Positions 18,779 to 29,263 are shown, numbered from the stretch's first letter. The stretch: DNA of 64,000 bases from an uncultured Candidatus Saccharibacteria bacterium (GCA_964561085.1 CAZLNP010000003.1:72310-136309); one strand, 5' to 3'. Made by a program: numbers and translations. Notes: generated by a model from the sequence alone, not told the origin.

Positions 18779-19809
18779 ATAATCATATCTTTTAAATTTG
18801 TTGAAACTTTCTTAAAATACACTGGCTTACCCTTTTCTAAATATACCAAATCCTCGATTCTAACTCCACCAAGTTTCGGAATATATACACCAGGCTCAAT
18901 ACTGAATACCATACCGTTCTCCAAAACATCTTCCGCTCTACCATGCAAAGACGGACTTTCATGAACTTCGATTCCGGTTCCATGGCCTAAACTGTGAATG
19001 AAATATTGTTCTAGATTTTTTTCGGCTAAGTGAGTTCTAGCAATGTCGTCTGCGACTTTACCCTGCATACCACTTCGAACATTCTTTACCGCTAGTTTAT
19101 ATGCGCCCTCAACTGCCACATAAATTTCTTCTAATTTTTTTGGGACAGATTTGATAAAAACAGTTCTACTAAAATCACTGCAATATCCATCTACTTTAAA
19201 ACCAAAATCTAAAATAATGCTTTCGCCTGCTACTAGTTTTTTTGTAGTTGGCACATGGTGAGGCACAGCAGCGTTTGCACCACTTGCCACTATTGTAGGG
19301 AAACTGATGTCATCTGCACCTAATCTTAATCCAGCTAACCTAATGAATTCGGCTAATTGCTTCTCTGTTAGGCTCTTAGACTTACGCAGTTCCTTTTTTA
19401 CTAAGTCAAAAACTTTCGCAGTGATCGAATAGGCTGCTTTCATCTTACTTAGCTCTTGGGCATCTTTGTAGACACGCATCTGAACCAATGGCGAAGAAAT
19501 TGGTTTTAACTTTACTTTAGGTAAATACTTTTCTATGAACCCTAGTTCCCGTAATGAAATATGATTGTCTAACTCAAGAGTTTTCGAGCCAGACATATAC
19601 TTTGAAATGTTACTAAGGAAGTCGTTTTTTACAACACTGACTTGTTCTAAAAAACCACCAAATAGTACAACATGTTTTTTGGAAATAAACAAAAACCCGC
19701 CATCTAGCAAGTGATGTCCGGTAAGATAAAATAAATCATTCGGATTTCTTACTAATAACGGATTTTTTATGCTGCGTTGTAATTTTTTGATTCTCTGGTT
19801 TGGAGTCAT
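18775..19809 (-). CDS. M24-family Xaa-Pro aminopeptidase
   Basis: HSLGHGTGIEVHE metal-binding motif, creatinase/prolidase fold; 4-nt overlap with upstream gene. Confidence 0.75.
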   Translation of the reverse strand: MTPNQRIKKLQRSIKNPLLVRNPNDLFYLTGHHLLDGGFLFISKKHVVLFGGFLEQVSVVKNDFLSNISKYMSGSKTLELDNHISLRELGFIEKYLPKVKLKPISSPLVQMRVYKDAQELSKMKAAYSITAKVFDLVKKELRKSKSLTEKQLAEFIRLAGLRLGADDISFPTIVASGANAAVPHHVPTTKKLVAGESIILDFGFKVDGYCSDFSRTVFIKSVPKKLEEIYVAVEGAYKLAVKNVRSGMQGKVADDIARTHLAEKNLEQYFIHSLGHGTGIEVHESPSLHGRAEDVLENGMVFSIEPGVYIPKLGGVRIEDLVYLEKGKPVYFKKVSTNLKDMII

Positions 19810-19811
19810 TA

Positions 19812-21203
19812 TTACAATCGAGTACTAATGTAATTCACTAAGTCATCAATATTAATACGTACTTGCTGGGCAGTGTCACGGTCGCGAACTGTGACTGTGT
19901 TATCTTCAAGGGTATCGAAGTCAACGGTAATGCCAAACGGTGTACCAATTTCATCTTGGCTGTAATAACGTTTTCCAACGTTACCACGATCATCCCACGC
20001 CACCATAAAATGCTTACTAAGTTCTGCAAAAATACCACGAGCTTTTTCTACAAGCTCTGGCTTGTTCTTTAACAACGGGAAAATGGCTGCTTTGTACGGT
20101 GCGAGTTTTGGAGGAAGTGCTAGCCAAACGCGCTTGCTGTCACCTTCTCCTTCTTCTTTGTAATGGTCAACCAAAACCGCTAAGAAAGAACGGTCCACGC
20201 CCCAAGTTGGTTCAATTACGTGTGGTACATACTTTTCGTTTGTCTGAGGGTCAACATAAGAAAGATCTTGTCCTGATGCTTTAATATGATTTTGTAAATC
20301 AAAATCTCCTCTGTACGCCAAACCATAAAGTTCTTTTCTACCAAATGGGAAATCGTATTCAAAGTCTAAGGTACGTTTGCTGTAGTGAGCGCGGTCTTCG
20401 GCAGGAACTTCAAGTTCATGAACTTGCGTCATGTCTAACTGTAAATCATCACGCATCCATTTAATCATTTCCTCTTTCCAGCTTTCAAAGACATCGTTCC
20501 AGTCAGAATCTTGTTTTGGAACTGGAATAAAGTATTCGATTTCCATTTGTTCAAACTCGCGGGTACGGAACACAAAGTTTCCTGGAGTAATTTCATTACG
20601 GAAAGCTTTCCCCTGCTGAGCAATTCCAAATGGGATTTGTTTGCGAGAGGTTGTCTGCACATTCTTAAATTGCACGAACATTGCCTGCGCTGTTTCGGGA
20701 CGGAAGTATGCAACGTTCGCTGCTTCTTCTGCAGGACCTAAGAAAGTTTTTAGCATTAGGTTAAACTTTTTCGGATCTCCCAATACGTTTCCTTTTGGAC
20801 TTTTCAAATTTAACTCTTTAACCTTTGCTGCCATTTTATCTAGATCCATACCTACGACATCTACACCAGCTTCTTCGAGCAAATGGTCTAAGCGGTAACG
20901 TTCATGAGTAACACTATCTTCAATTAAAGGATCTGAGAAAGTTGCAACGTGCCCACTAGCTTCCCAAACTTTTGGATTCATTACCAAAGCCGCATCGATA
21001 CCGACCATGTCAGGACGCTGTTGCACAAAGCGTTTCCACCAAAGCTGTTTAATATTATTCTTTAATTCAACACCCAAAGGACCGTAATCCCAAGAGTTTG
21101 CTAGCCCACCATAAATTTCCGACCCTGGGTACACGTACCCACGACGCTTGGCTAAACTAACAATTTTATCCATTTTCTCTGGTGCTATATTTTCTTTTGA
21201 CAT
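19812..21203 (-). CDS. glyQS: Glycyl-tRNA synthetase (dimeric class II)
   Basis: 463 aa; N-terminus RRGYVYPGSEIYGGLANSWDYGPLG characteristic of GlyRS. Confidence 0.9.
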   Translation of the reverse strand: MSKENIAPEKMDKIVSLAKRRGYVYPGSEIYGGLANSWDYGPLGVELKNNIKQLWWKRFVQQRPDMVGIDAALVMNPKVWEASGHVATFSDPLIEDSVTHERYRLDHLLEEAGVDVVGMDLDKMAAKVKELNLKSPKGNVLGDPKKFNLMLKTFLGPAEEAANVAYFRPETAQAMFVQFKNVQTTSRKQIPFGIAQQGKAFRNEITPGNFVFRTREFEQMEIEYFIPVPKQDSDWNDVFESWKEEMIKWMRDDLQLDMTQVHELEVPAEDRAHYSKRTLDFEYDFPFGRKELYGLAYRGDFDLQNHIKASGQDLSYVDPQTNEKYVPHVIEPTWGVDRSFLAVLVDHYKEEGEGDSKRVWLALPPKLAPYKAAIFPLLKNKPELVEKARGIFAELSKHFMVAWDDRGNVGKRYYSQDEIGTPFGITVDFDTLEDNTVTVRDRDTAQQVRINIDDLVNYISTRL

Positions 21204-21226
21204 GCATAAATTATAGCAATATCGCT

Positions 21227-22507
21227 CTAATTGAGCCAGTGTAGAATAGTTTCTTTTTGTTTCTTTTTATCTATACTAATTAACTTTTGAGATGTTCGGT
21301 CGAATACCTGCCAAGCATCATCTCTATAGAAGACGATTTGATCTTCACTCGCATCCATTAATGCGAGATAGCGATTTTTAAATGCCATAGGATCGTACGG
21401 ATCAAACAAATAAACTTCCTCTACTTTTTTAGTACCACTAGAAATGTCTAAAATTGCACCTGGAACTACTGCAATAACATTGTTATTATCTTCCCACTTA
21501 TACTCGCCGAAAGTGCGCAAAGCTGATTTGTTCTCATTGTTATCGTAGCGGAGGTTTTGATATATAGGTTTTACTTCTTTAGTACCAAAATCGTACACTC
21601 TTAATTCTTCGCCAGATGTGCATGCTCCATAATTATCCTTTTCACGAGAAGCAACATCTGGTTGTTCGCAATGAGAATAAACCCATTTATTTCCATCGGG
21701 ACTTAAATCACCACGAAGAAAATCCATCTTGTCCTTTTCCACAATAGGATTAACTTTTACTAATTCTCCAGTAGCAATATTTACTTGATAGATATCGCCC
21801 CAGACTGCACCGGCATCCCCGCCTAGACCAGACACAATTAATTCTTTATCACCACTGCGCCAGCCGTTAATAGAAAAACCTTGATACACCCCAAGCTCGG
21901 TCTTCTTAACTATTTCTTTTTGCTCCTTGGTTTCAAAGTTGTATAACCAAATAGAGCCGCCGCTTTTACCATTAGCCTCATTACCTTCGTAGTTGCGCGC
22001 GTAGGCGAGCCATTGTTTATCTTCCGATACTGCGACATCGCGAATTAGAGGATTCTCTGCCAATTCAAATAGCAGGTCTACCTTGCCCTTTGATGCATCT
22101 AATAGAGAAATTTTATTTTCTGAATTAACGATGTATCTGAAGTCACCCATCTCGCCGATAACGCTAAAATTCTTTTCTTTAGTTTCAAAAATTTGCTTAT
22201 CGTCTTCACTTGAATCCTGAGAGTATTGATACAATCTTACAAATTTTTCAACAGAGCTATCGCCTTCACTATCCATGGTTAAGTAAAAACTGGCGCCGGC
22301 TTTTACCTTCACTTCTTCTTCCTGAACTGGTTTTTCTTCTGGAACAACTACTGAGATAGGTTTAGTAAAGTAGTAGTAACCCGCTCCAACACAAGCCAAG
22401 GCGACTAGTAGTATTAAAGGGACTATTAAATATTTCGCAATTCCTCGGCGCTTTGGCAATTCAAATTGTGCTTCTGGCTTTGGTGTTTCAATTTTAATTT
22501 CTGGCAT
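21227..22507 (-). CDS. Membrane-anchored PD40/TolB-like beta-propeller repeat protein
   Basis: N-terminal TM helix; repeated SxDxxWLAY / SPDGNKWVY-type PD40 repeats. Confidence 0.45.
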   Translation of the reverse strand: MPEIKIETPKPEAQFELPKRRGIAKYLIVPLILLVALACVGAGYYYFTKPISVVVPEEKPVQEEEVKVKAGASFYLTMDSEGDSSVEKFVRLYQYSQDSSEDDKQIFETKEKNFSVIGEMGDFRYIVNSENKISLLDASKGKVDLLFELAENPLIRDVAVSEDKQWLAYARNYEGNEANGKSGGSIWLYNFETKEQKEIVKKTELGVYQGFSINGWRSGDKELIVSGLGGDAGAVWGDIYQVNIATGELVKVNPIVEKDKMDFLRGDLSPDGNKWVYSHCEQPDVASREKDNYGACTSGEELRVYDFGTKEVKPIYQNLRYDNNENKSALRTFGEYKWEDNNNVIAVVPGAILDISSGTKKVEEVYLFDPYDPMAFKNRYLALMDASEDQIVFYRDDAWQVFDRTSQKLISIDKKKQKETILHWLN

Positions 22508-22584
22508 AGTATTTATTACCTTTCTTTATTCATTATATCAAACTAACTTAAAATCTATATAAAATCTGACGCAACTAAAAAGCA

Positions 22585-23802
22585 CTAATCATTAGTGCTT
22601 TTTGCCAATCCTTTAGGTGGAGTTAAATCTTTGAAGTCATTTAACATATCATCGAAGTAATCAAACTCAATGGCTTTACGGATTTTATCCATCAAATTCA
22701 AATAAAAACGAAGGTTATGCATAGTTGCCAAGCGAGCACCAAGCATTTCATCACTTTTAATTAAATGGTTAACATAAGCTCGAGTATGATTCAAACACGC
22801 ATAACAATTACAACTTGAGTCAATTGGAGTGAAGTCCTCGGCATACTGTGCATTACGCACATCGATGGTTTCATAAGCTTCTTTGCCGTCTTCTGTACGT
22901 GCAGATATATATAGACGGCCATGACGAGCTTCGCGCATTGGGATGACGCAATCAAAAGTGTCGCAACCTTGCCCCACTGCTTGAACAATATCAAATGGAG
23001 TTCCAACTCCAAGCAAATGTTTAGGTGCTGTTTCAGGCAAATACGGAATTGCGTAACTAACCGCTTTCATCATTTCTTCGTGAGGTTCACCAACAGCGAC
23101 TCCGCCAATAGCAAAACCTTCGAAACCAAGTTCCACCATGTTTTCTGCAGATTGTTTACGCAGATCTTCAAAGCTCGCACCTTGAACAATCCCCCATAAC
23201 TTTTGGCCAGGGTTAATCGGATCGCCATGATCCATAATTCTTTTATGCTCGGCAACAGCGCGTTCAGCCCATCGCTTAGTCAACTCGATAGATTCTTTGC
23301 TGCGTTTATGCTCAAATGGGAAACCAGGAAAATCGTCTAAGATCAAACAGATGTCGCTACCCAAGTTCGCTTGAATGTCGATTGATTTTTCAGGTGAAAG
23401 AATTTCTTGTTTACCGTCCATATCGAATTGGAATAGCACACCCGCTTCTAACACTTTGCGCATCTTAGCTAAAGAGTAAACTTGGAAACCACCAGAGTCA
23501 GTAAAGATCGGTCCTTTCCAGTTCATGAATTTATGTAAACCACCGGCTTTGTAAATTAACGCATCGCCTGGACGCTGCCATAAGTGATACGTATTAGCGA
23601 GCACCATAGTCGCACCCCAGAACTTAATTTCTTCACTGGTTACAGTTTTAATAGTTCCTTTAGTGCCGATAGGTAAAAACTGCGGTGTAGTTACATCGCC
23701 ATGAGCAGTATGAATAATACCCGTGCGTGCACGGGTGCCATCAACTTTTTTAGTTATTTCAAAATATTTTTCTGACTTGTTTTCTAAATTATTTTCTGAC
23801 AT
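22585..23802 (-). CDS. tgt: Queuine/tRNA-guanine transglycosylase
   Basis: 405 aa; FTDSGGFQ, zinc site CxCxxC...H near C-terminus. Confidence 0.9.
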   Translation of the reverse strand: MSENNLENKSEKYFEITKKVDGTRARTGIIHTAHGDVTTPQFLPIGTKGTIKTVTSEEIKFWGATMVLANTYHLWQRPGDALIYKAGGLHKFMNWKGPIFTDSGGFQVYSLAKMRKVLEAGVLFQFDMDGKQEILSPEKSIDIQANLGSDICLILDDFPGFPFEHKRSKESIELTKRWAERAVAEHKRIMDHGDPINPGQKLWGIVQGASFEDLRKQSAENMVELGFEGFAIGGVAVGEPHEEMMKAVSYAIPYLPETAPKHLLGVGTPFDIVQAVGQGCDTFDCVIPMREARHGRLYISARTEDGKEAYETIDVRNAQYAEDFTPIDSSCNCYACLNHTRAYVNHLIKSDEMLGARLATMHNLRFYLNLMDKIRKAIEFDYFDDMLNDFKDLTPPKGLAKSTND

Positions 23803-23897
23803 AGATAGATATTATAGCTTTTATATAGATAAAACAAAAGGTAAGCCGAGGATGACTTACCTGTTGCGCAATATGGAGTGAGGTCGGGGGGGGGTGA

Positions 23898-24119
23898 TTA
23901 GCGAAGCCAACTTGGGTCGTAACCCTTGGCTAAGTCAACTCGGTGCTTTGGATTCCCGCCACCATGACGGGTTGGATTAGTCTGACGACTACTCTTAAAG
24001 AACCTACGCCGGCTTTCTACTTCTTCTGGAGTATACTCCATTAATATCATTTTACCCGTTTCTGGGTCCAATTCCCTATTTTCCGAACCTGTAGTAAGGT
24101 CCAAAATATCAGTTGCCAT
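23898..24119 (-). CDS. Hypothetical small basic protein
   Basis: 73 aa ORF between tgt and pnp; no recognisable family. Confidence 0.3.
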   Translation of the reverse strand: MATDILDLTTGSENRELDPETGKMILMEYTPEEVESRRRFFKSSRQTNPTRHGGGNPKHRVDLAKGYDPSWLR

Positions 24120-24208
24120 TTATATTGCCCTCTCCTTAGAATTAAACTTTAGTAGCATACAGCCTTAAAACTACAAAACTGTTTTCTCAAGATAACACAT
24201 TTTCGCAC

Positions 24209-24245
24209 AAAAATCAAGAGGCGCCCTTTTGGGGCGCCTCTGTTA
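24209..24245 (-). terminator. Rho-independent terminator downstream of pnp
   Basis: Perfect 10-bp GC-rich stem AGAGGCGCCC/GGGCGCCTCT with 5-nt loop, U-run on minus strand. Confidence 0.7.
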
Positions 24246-24265
24246 TTTGCACTATATATTTAGAA

Positions 24266-26587
24266 CTATGATCGGTTTGCCCCAGTTGGGCGTGGGCTGC
24301 GTTGTGGGAATCCAGAACGAGGACGACCACCACCGTGACGATCTCCCCCACCAAATCCACCACGACCGCCGCCTGAGCCACCACTTGGACGTGGACCACG
24401 ATCATTACCACCACCTGTACCAGCAGAAGCTAGTTGTTCAGCAGTTGGTTCTGGAGCGAAAGGTTTGTGAGTTAAGTTAATGCGACCTTGATCATCAATT
24501 TCTTGAACTTGAACTTTCAAAGTATCACCCACTGCCACTACATCTTCTACTTTGTTCACTCGGTAATTTGCAAGTTGAGAAATATGAACCATTCCATCTT
24601 TGCCTGGCAAAATTTGTACAAATGCACCGAAGTCCATTAACTTCACAACTTTGCCTTCGAAGACTTCACCGGCTTGTACTTCGCGGACAATATCTTGGAT
24701 CATCTTCACTGCTTTTTCGCTTGCAGCTGCATCAACAGAAGAAACCATTACTAATCCACTGTCTTCAATATCAATTTTCACACCAGGACATTCAGCAATA
24801 ATTCCATTAATGGTCTTACCACCGCTACCAATAACTTCGCGAATTTGATCAGGCTTGATCATGAAGCTAGTGATACGAGGAGCATATTGAGAAAGTTCTT
24901 TTCGAGGAGCGTCTAAGGCTTCCTTCATTTTAGAAAGGATGTGCATGCGAGCTGGTTTAGCAGCAGCTAAAGCTTGAGCTAAAATATCTGCAGTCAAACC
25001 TTTAACTTTAATATCAAGTTGAAGTGCACTAACGCCCTTTTCAGAACCAGTAACTTTAAAGTCCATGTGACCGTTAAAATCTTCAATTCCAGCAATGTCT
25101 GTTAACACTTTAAAGTTGCTTGGATTTGATTCATCCATAACAAGTCCCATGGCAACTCCACCAATAATATCTGTAATTGGTACACCGGCGTCCATCAAGC
25201 TCAGAGATGAACCACAAGTTGATGCCATTGAAGTAGAACCGTTAGAAGACATAGTTTCAGAAACTAAACGCATTGTGTATGGGAAATCTTCTTGTGCAGG
25301 TAATACAATTTCCACAGCACGTTCAGCTAAAGCACCATGACCAACTTCGCGGCGACCAGCACCACGATTTGGAGATACCTCACCAACTGAATATCCTGGG
25401 AAGTTATAATGGTGGATGTAACGTTTTGCGCGACCTTCGGTTGGATCTTCCATGCCGTCTAGTAACTGCTCATCACCCTTACTACCTAAAGTAGTAACTG
25501 TAAGTACTTGAGTTTCACCACGAGTGAACAAAGCAGAACCATGAGTACGAGGTAATACGCCAACTTCAGCAGTAATTAGACGAGTTTCATCCATTGCACG
25601 GCCATCTACACGACGATCATGTTCAAGAATTTGCTTCTGCATGTACTTCTTTAAAACCGTATCAATTGCTAAGTATGCATCTTTAGAAACGTTAACGCCT
25701 TCAAGCGCTACGTCTGAAGATTCGGCTAAGGCTTCCACAGTTGCAGCAACAATTTCTTTTGTTAACGCTTTGGAGTTGCTTCCTCTCAACTGATGACCAG
25801 TTACATATAGAGCAGCTTCAATTTTTTCTGGAGTAAGCAATTCTTTCACTTTATCCATTACGATGTCAGAAGGTTTGATAACAATATAGTTTTCAGTTTT
25901 TGGCTTCCCAACTTGGGATTTAAATTCATCTTGAATTTCAGCTAATGCCTTCAAAGAAATTTGAGCGACTCTAATTCCTTCTACTATATCTTCTTCAGGA
26001 ACAAGATTAGCACCAGCTTCAACCATAATAATGTGTTCAGCTGTACCACAAACAATTAGATCCATTTCAGAGATAGCGCGTTGTTCGCTGTTTGGGTTAG
26101 CTACAAATTCGCCATTGATTTTACCAACGCGAACTGCACCAACTGGACCATCAAAAGGAATGTCAGAAATATGAAGAGCCATGGAAGCAGCATTAACTGC
26201 AATCATGTCTGGTTCGTTTTCACCATCAATTGAAAGAACGGTGGTAACAACTTGAACGTCATTACGCATTCCATCTGGGAACAGCGGACGAAGAGAACGG
26301 TCGATAACACGTCCAGTTAAAATAGCTTCGTCTGTTGGACGGCCTTCGCGCTTTACCCAACGGCTACCTTTAATTTTTCCTGCAGCGTATAGCTTTTCTT
26401 CGTAATCGACTAATAGAGGGAAGTAGTCGATTCCTTCACGCGGATTACTATTTAGAACTGCTACTGCCAAAACGACAGTATCACCAACGCGAGCAAGAAC
26501 TGCTCCGCTAGCTTGATTCGCTAACTTACCAGTTTCAAACTGCCAGTCAGCTCCTGCAATATTTGCAGAAATTTTCTTTGTATCCAT
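24266..26587 (-). CDS. pnp: Polyribonucleotide nucleotidyltransferase (PNPase) with C-terminal Gly/Arg-rich tail
   Basis: 773 aa; two RNase PH domains, KH and S1 domains; last ~60 aa GGGNDRGPRPSGGSGGGRGGFGGGDRHGGGRPR. Confidence 0.92.
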   Translation of the reverse strand: MDTKKISANIAGADWQFETGKLANQASGAVLARVGDTVVLAVAVLNSNPREGIDYFPLLVDYEEKLYAAGKIKGSRWVKREGRPTDEAILTGRVIDRSLRPLFPDGMRNDVQVVTTVLSIDGENEPDMIAVNAASMALHISDIPFDGPVGAVRVGKINGEFVANPNSEQRAISEMDLIVCGTAEHIIMVEAGANLVPEEDIVEGIRVAQISLKALAEIQDEFKSQVGKPKTENYIVIKPSDIVMDKVKELLTPEKIEAALYVTGHQLRGSNSKALTKEIVAATVEALAESSDVALEGVNVSKDAYLAIDTVLKKYMQKQILEHDRRVDGRAMDETRLITAEVGVLPRTHGSALFTRGETQVLTVTTLGSKGDEQLLDGMEDPTEGRAKRYIHHYNFPGYSVGEVSPNRGAGRREVGHGALAERAVEIVLPAQEDFPYTMRLVSETMSSNGSTSMASTCGSSLSLMDAGVPITDIIGGVAMGLVMDESNPSNFKVLTDIAGIEDFNGHMDFKVTGSEKGVSALQLDIKVKGLTADILAQALAAAKPARMHILSKMKEALDAPRKELSQYAPRITSFMIKPDQIREVIGSGGKTINGIIAECPGVKIDIEDSGLVMVSSVDAAASEKAVKMIQDIVREVQAGEVFEGKVVKLMDFGAFVQILPGKDGMVHISQLANYRVNKVEDVVAVGDTLKVQVQEIDDQGRINLTHKPFAPEPTAEQLASAGTGGGNDRGPRPSGGSGGGRGGFGGGDRHGGGRPRSGFPQRSPRPTGANRS

Positions 26588-26639
26588 TTAGATACCTTTC
26601 GCTTTGCTCCTGATGCAAGCGACCAAAAGTGCAGAGTTT

Positions 26640-26760
26640 GATGTAGAGAGAAATATTATCACGCAGACAGTGCTCACGTCGCTTAACTCGCAAAGCTCGT
26701 GTCGCGACTGCGCTTACCGTGACTGCCTGCTTTGCTAATATTTCTCTCTTTCAAACGCTA
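26640..26760 (-). promoter_or_regulatory. Long imperfect hairpin in pnp 5' leader (candidate RNase III / autoregulatory structure)
   Basis: AGAGAGAAATATTA...CAGACAGTG pairs with CGTGACTGCCTG...TAATATTTCTCTCT about 45 nt away. Confidence 0.4.
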
Positions 26761-26821
26761 TACTCTTGGAACTTGTTTCGGAAGAAAGCTTAATTAATTA
26801 GATTAATGATTAAATTAATAA

Positions 26822-27217
26822 TTACAGATCTGAATTGATATTAAAATCTTTAAGGAATGCATCTGGGTCCGGAGTACTGCCGAATAATAAGTGATGGATG
26901 TTGTCTTCAAACATATTCTGTGGTTTAGGCATTGCTGTTGCTCTTAGCTTATGCCAATGCTGCCAAGCTTTAGAGAACTCTGCATATCCTTCTGAATCTT
27001 CTGGACCAAACTTAGCAAAGATTACATCATATTTAATTTTGTTCACCAATTCGATGAACTGCTCACGATCGTCTAATTCAACATGACCTTGCGCACGAAC
27101 GCGCTGCTTAATCTGTTCAATATCTGGGTTAGCCAAAAGTTGGTTAACAACTTCTTCCATTGCGGCTACCCATTCTTTTTCAAATTCTTCTAAATCCCAG
27201 GATGCTTGTTGTGTCAT
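26822..27217 (-). CDS. Hypothetical protein inserted between rpsO and pnp
   Basis: 131 aa ORF, acidic, no recognisable motif. Confidence 0.4.
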   Translation of the reverse strand: MTQQASWDLEEFEKEWVAAMEEVVNQLLANPDIEQIKQRVRAQGHVELDDREQFIELVNKIKYDVIFAKFGPEDSEGYAEFSKAWQHWHKLRATAMPKPQNMFEDNIHHLLFGSTPDPDAFLKDFNINSDL

Positions 27218-27270
27218 AAAACGATATCAAGCCTCACCAGCCTTTCGGCCAAGATGAGGCTTGTAAGAAA

Positions 27271-27546
27271 TTAATTAGAGTCTCTCTTTAGTTTAAGCTT
27301 GTCAGAAATCTTTTCGTAACGCTTAACATCTTCACCTTTTAAGTAACGAAGTAAACGACGACGATTACCAACCATCTTTAGAAGTCCACGACGAGAATGA
27401 TTATCCTTTTTGTGAACTTGTAAGTGTTCGCTAACCTGCTCGATTTCTTTTGTCAGAACCGCAATTTGAACTTCTGGAGAACCAGTGTCATCTTTGTGAG
27501 TCTGAAACTTACGCATGATTGCGTCTTTTTCTTTCTTGGTCAACAT
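27271..27546 (-). CDS. rpsO: 30S ribosomal protein S15
   Basis: 91 aa; [15 protein letters not shown]...[29 protein letters not shown]. Confidence 0.92.
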   Translation of the reverse strand: MLTKKEKDAIMRKFQTHKDDTGSPEVQIAVLTKEIEQVSEHLQVHKKDNHSRRGLLKMVGNRRRLLRYLKGEDVKRYEKISDKLKLKRDSN

Positions 27547-27624
27547 ATACTTTACCTTTCTTTACCCGACACCAGCAGTATATTCTGGCGCGTACAGTTA
27601 ATTTATGTATGAATTATAACGAAT

Positions 27625-28431
27625 TTATTTAGATTTGGCAAATTCATTTTCTGCCTTCTTTATTAAGGTAAAACGGACCAAACCAGGCAATCTCAACATT
27701 CTTGGATGAGTAGTTTTGAGACCAATCGGCCTATCCAAACCCAAGGGCTCGCTTAATCCTTCATTTAAAACCTTACCCAATGCTACCCAATCAATTTTCG
27801 ACTTTTCAAAAATGAATAAATCTTTTTTATAACTATCTTTTCCATCGAACTTATAGTCTATGTTAATTAGCTCATAATTTTCAGGGTGCTTTAAATAATC
27901 TTCATATTTTTCCTCATCATCCTTCTTATGAAACTCATAGCCATTTTTTAGTAGCCATTCTGTTGTAGTGGGTTGCGAAGAATTAGCAGCAAATTTACTT
28001 ACTGACTCATATTCCAGGTCAGATACTTTGTTCATAAAATTTTCTGCTTGTTGCAAAAATTCGGAACCAGTAATACCAACTTCGCCGGTTTCTACCGTCC
28101 TATGAATTAATTTCCAGTGGGTTGTACTACCTTCTTTCTCAAAAATGATTTCTGCTTTTTTGTTTCCTTCATCATCAATCAATTGAAAATCTACACACCG
28201 ACCCCTCCTGTCTGCTAAATAAGCTTTCAAAGACCAACCTTCAAAATCTCGATTCATCATAAGCTTGCTTCGATACAAAAAGTTTTTCTGCCCCATCACT
28301 GACCATTCTGAATCTATTTCATCATCACTAAAAGGCTTCAGAAATTCTTCTTTAATTCTCTTGTATTTATCCTTCGACATTTCAGACTCATGAGCCTGGT
28401 CAGGATTAATTCCTGTCTCGCTTCTGTTCAT
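27625..28431 (-). CDS. Hypothetical protein, paralog A of tandem pair
   Basis: 268 aa; shares WKLIHRTVETGEVGITGSEFLQQAE and WLLKNGYEF blocks with the adjacent ORF. Confidence 0.5.
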   Translation of the reverse strand: MNRSETGINPDQAHESEMSKDKYKRIKEEFLKPFSDDEIDSEWSVMGQKNFLYRSKLMMNRDFEGWSLKAYLADRRGRCVDFQLIDDEGNKKAEIIFEKEGSTTHWKLIHRTVETGEVGITGSEFLQQAENFMNKVSDLEYESVSKFAANSSQPTTTEWLLKNGYEFHKKDDEEKYEDYLKHPENYELINIDYKFDGKDSYKKDLFIFEKSKIDWVALGKVLNEGLSEPLGLDRPIGLKTTHPRMLRLPGLVRFTLIKKAENEFAKSK

Positions 28432-28453
28432 TTGAAAATTATAATTAACTTAA

Positions 28454-29263
28454 TTACTCAACCTCTGAAAGTATGTCTTTTTTAAGATGAATTCTCAGCA
28501 GCCCCTTAACTTTTAATAGAGACATATTTCCATCTAAAAGCTCTGAATTATCTTCATTTCTAAATTTGTCTAGCTCTGTCCAATCAACCTCATCAGTTTT
28601 AAAAATGACTAATTCTCTGTCGAGTAATTTCTGACCCGAACCATCAGTTACTTTAAAAAACTGGTACTCATCTGGATTATTCAAGTAATGATCGTATATC
28701 TTACTGTCTTCAGCCGAGCTAAACTCATAGCCGTTTTTCAACAGCCAATTGATAACTTTTTCCTGTGAGGCATCTGCTGCAAATTCTTCAGCAATTATAT
28801 TTCTATTATTAGCAACTAACTTAATGTATTCTTCAGCCTTTTGTAAGAATTCGGTACCACTAATGCCCAACTCGTTCGTATTAACTGTTCGATGAGTTAA
28901 TTTCCATACCCCTACATGATCACGATGTTCTTCAAATATTAATTCAGCAACGTTCTGACTAGATTCATTTAATAAGCGAAATTGAATACTTCTGAAATCA
29001 TAAAAAGATAAGCAATCCACTGAATAATTACAACCCTCAAATTCCCGGTTGATTAATTTCTTTGGGTAAGCCATATTGCTGGGAGTGTGATTTTTTATCT
29101 CATCCCATTTATTAGCTATTTCTTCTTTCGTAAACGGCTCAGAAAATTGCTTTCTAATTTTCTCCTGTTTGCCAAGGAGTTCATCAGAATCTATGAAATT
29201 TTCAGGGTTATTATTCATATCAAAATTATACCAAAGAAACGGCGTATTTTCCCCTTGTCGCAC
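28454..29263 (-). CDS. Hypothetical protein, paralog B of tandem pair
   Basis: 269 aa; WKLTHRTVNTNELGISGTEFLQKAE and WLLKNGYEF blocks colinear with paralog A. Confidence 0.5.
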   Translation of the reverse strand: MRQGENTPFLWYNFDMNNNPENFIDSDELLGKQEKIRKQFSEPFTKEEIANKWDEIKNHTPSNMAYPKKLINREFEGCNYSVDCLSFYDFRSIQFRLLNESSQNVAELIFEEHRDHVGVWKLTHRTVNTNELGISGTEFLQKAEEYIKLVANNRNIIAEEFAADASQEKVINWLLKNGYEFSSAEDSKIYDHYLNNPDEYQFFKVTDGSGQKLLDRELVIFKTDEVDWTELDKFRNEDNSELLDGNMSLLKVKGLLRIHLKKDILSEVE

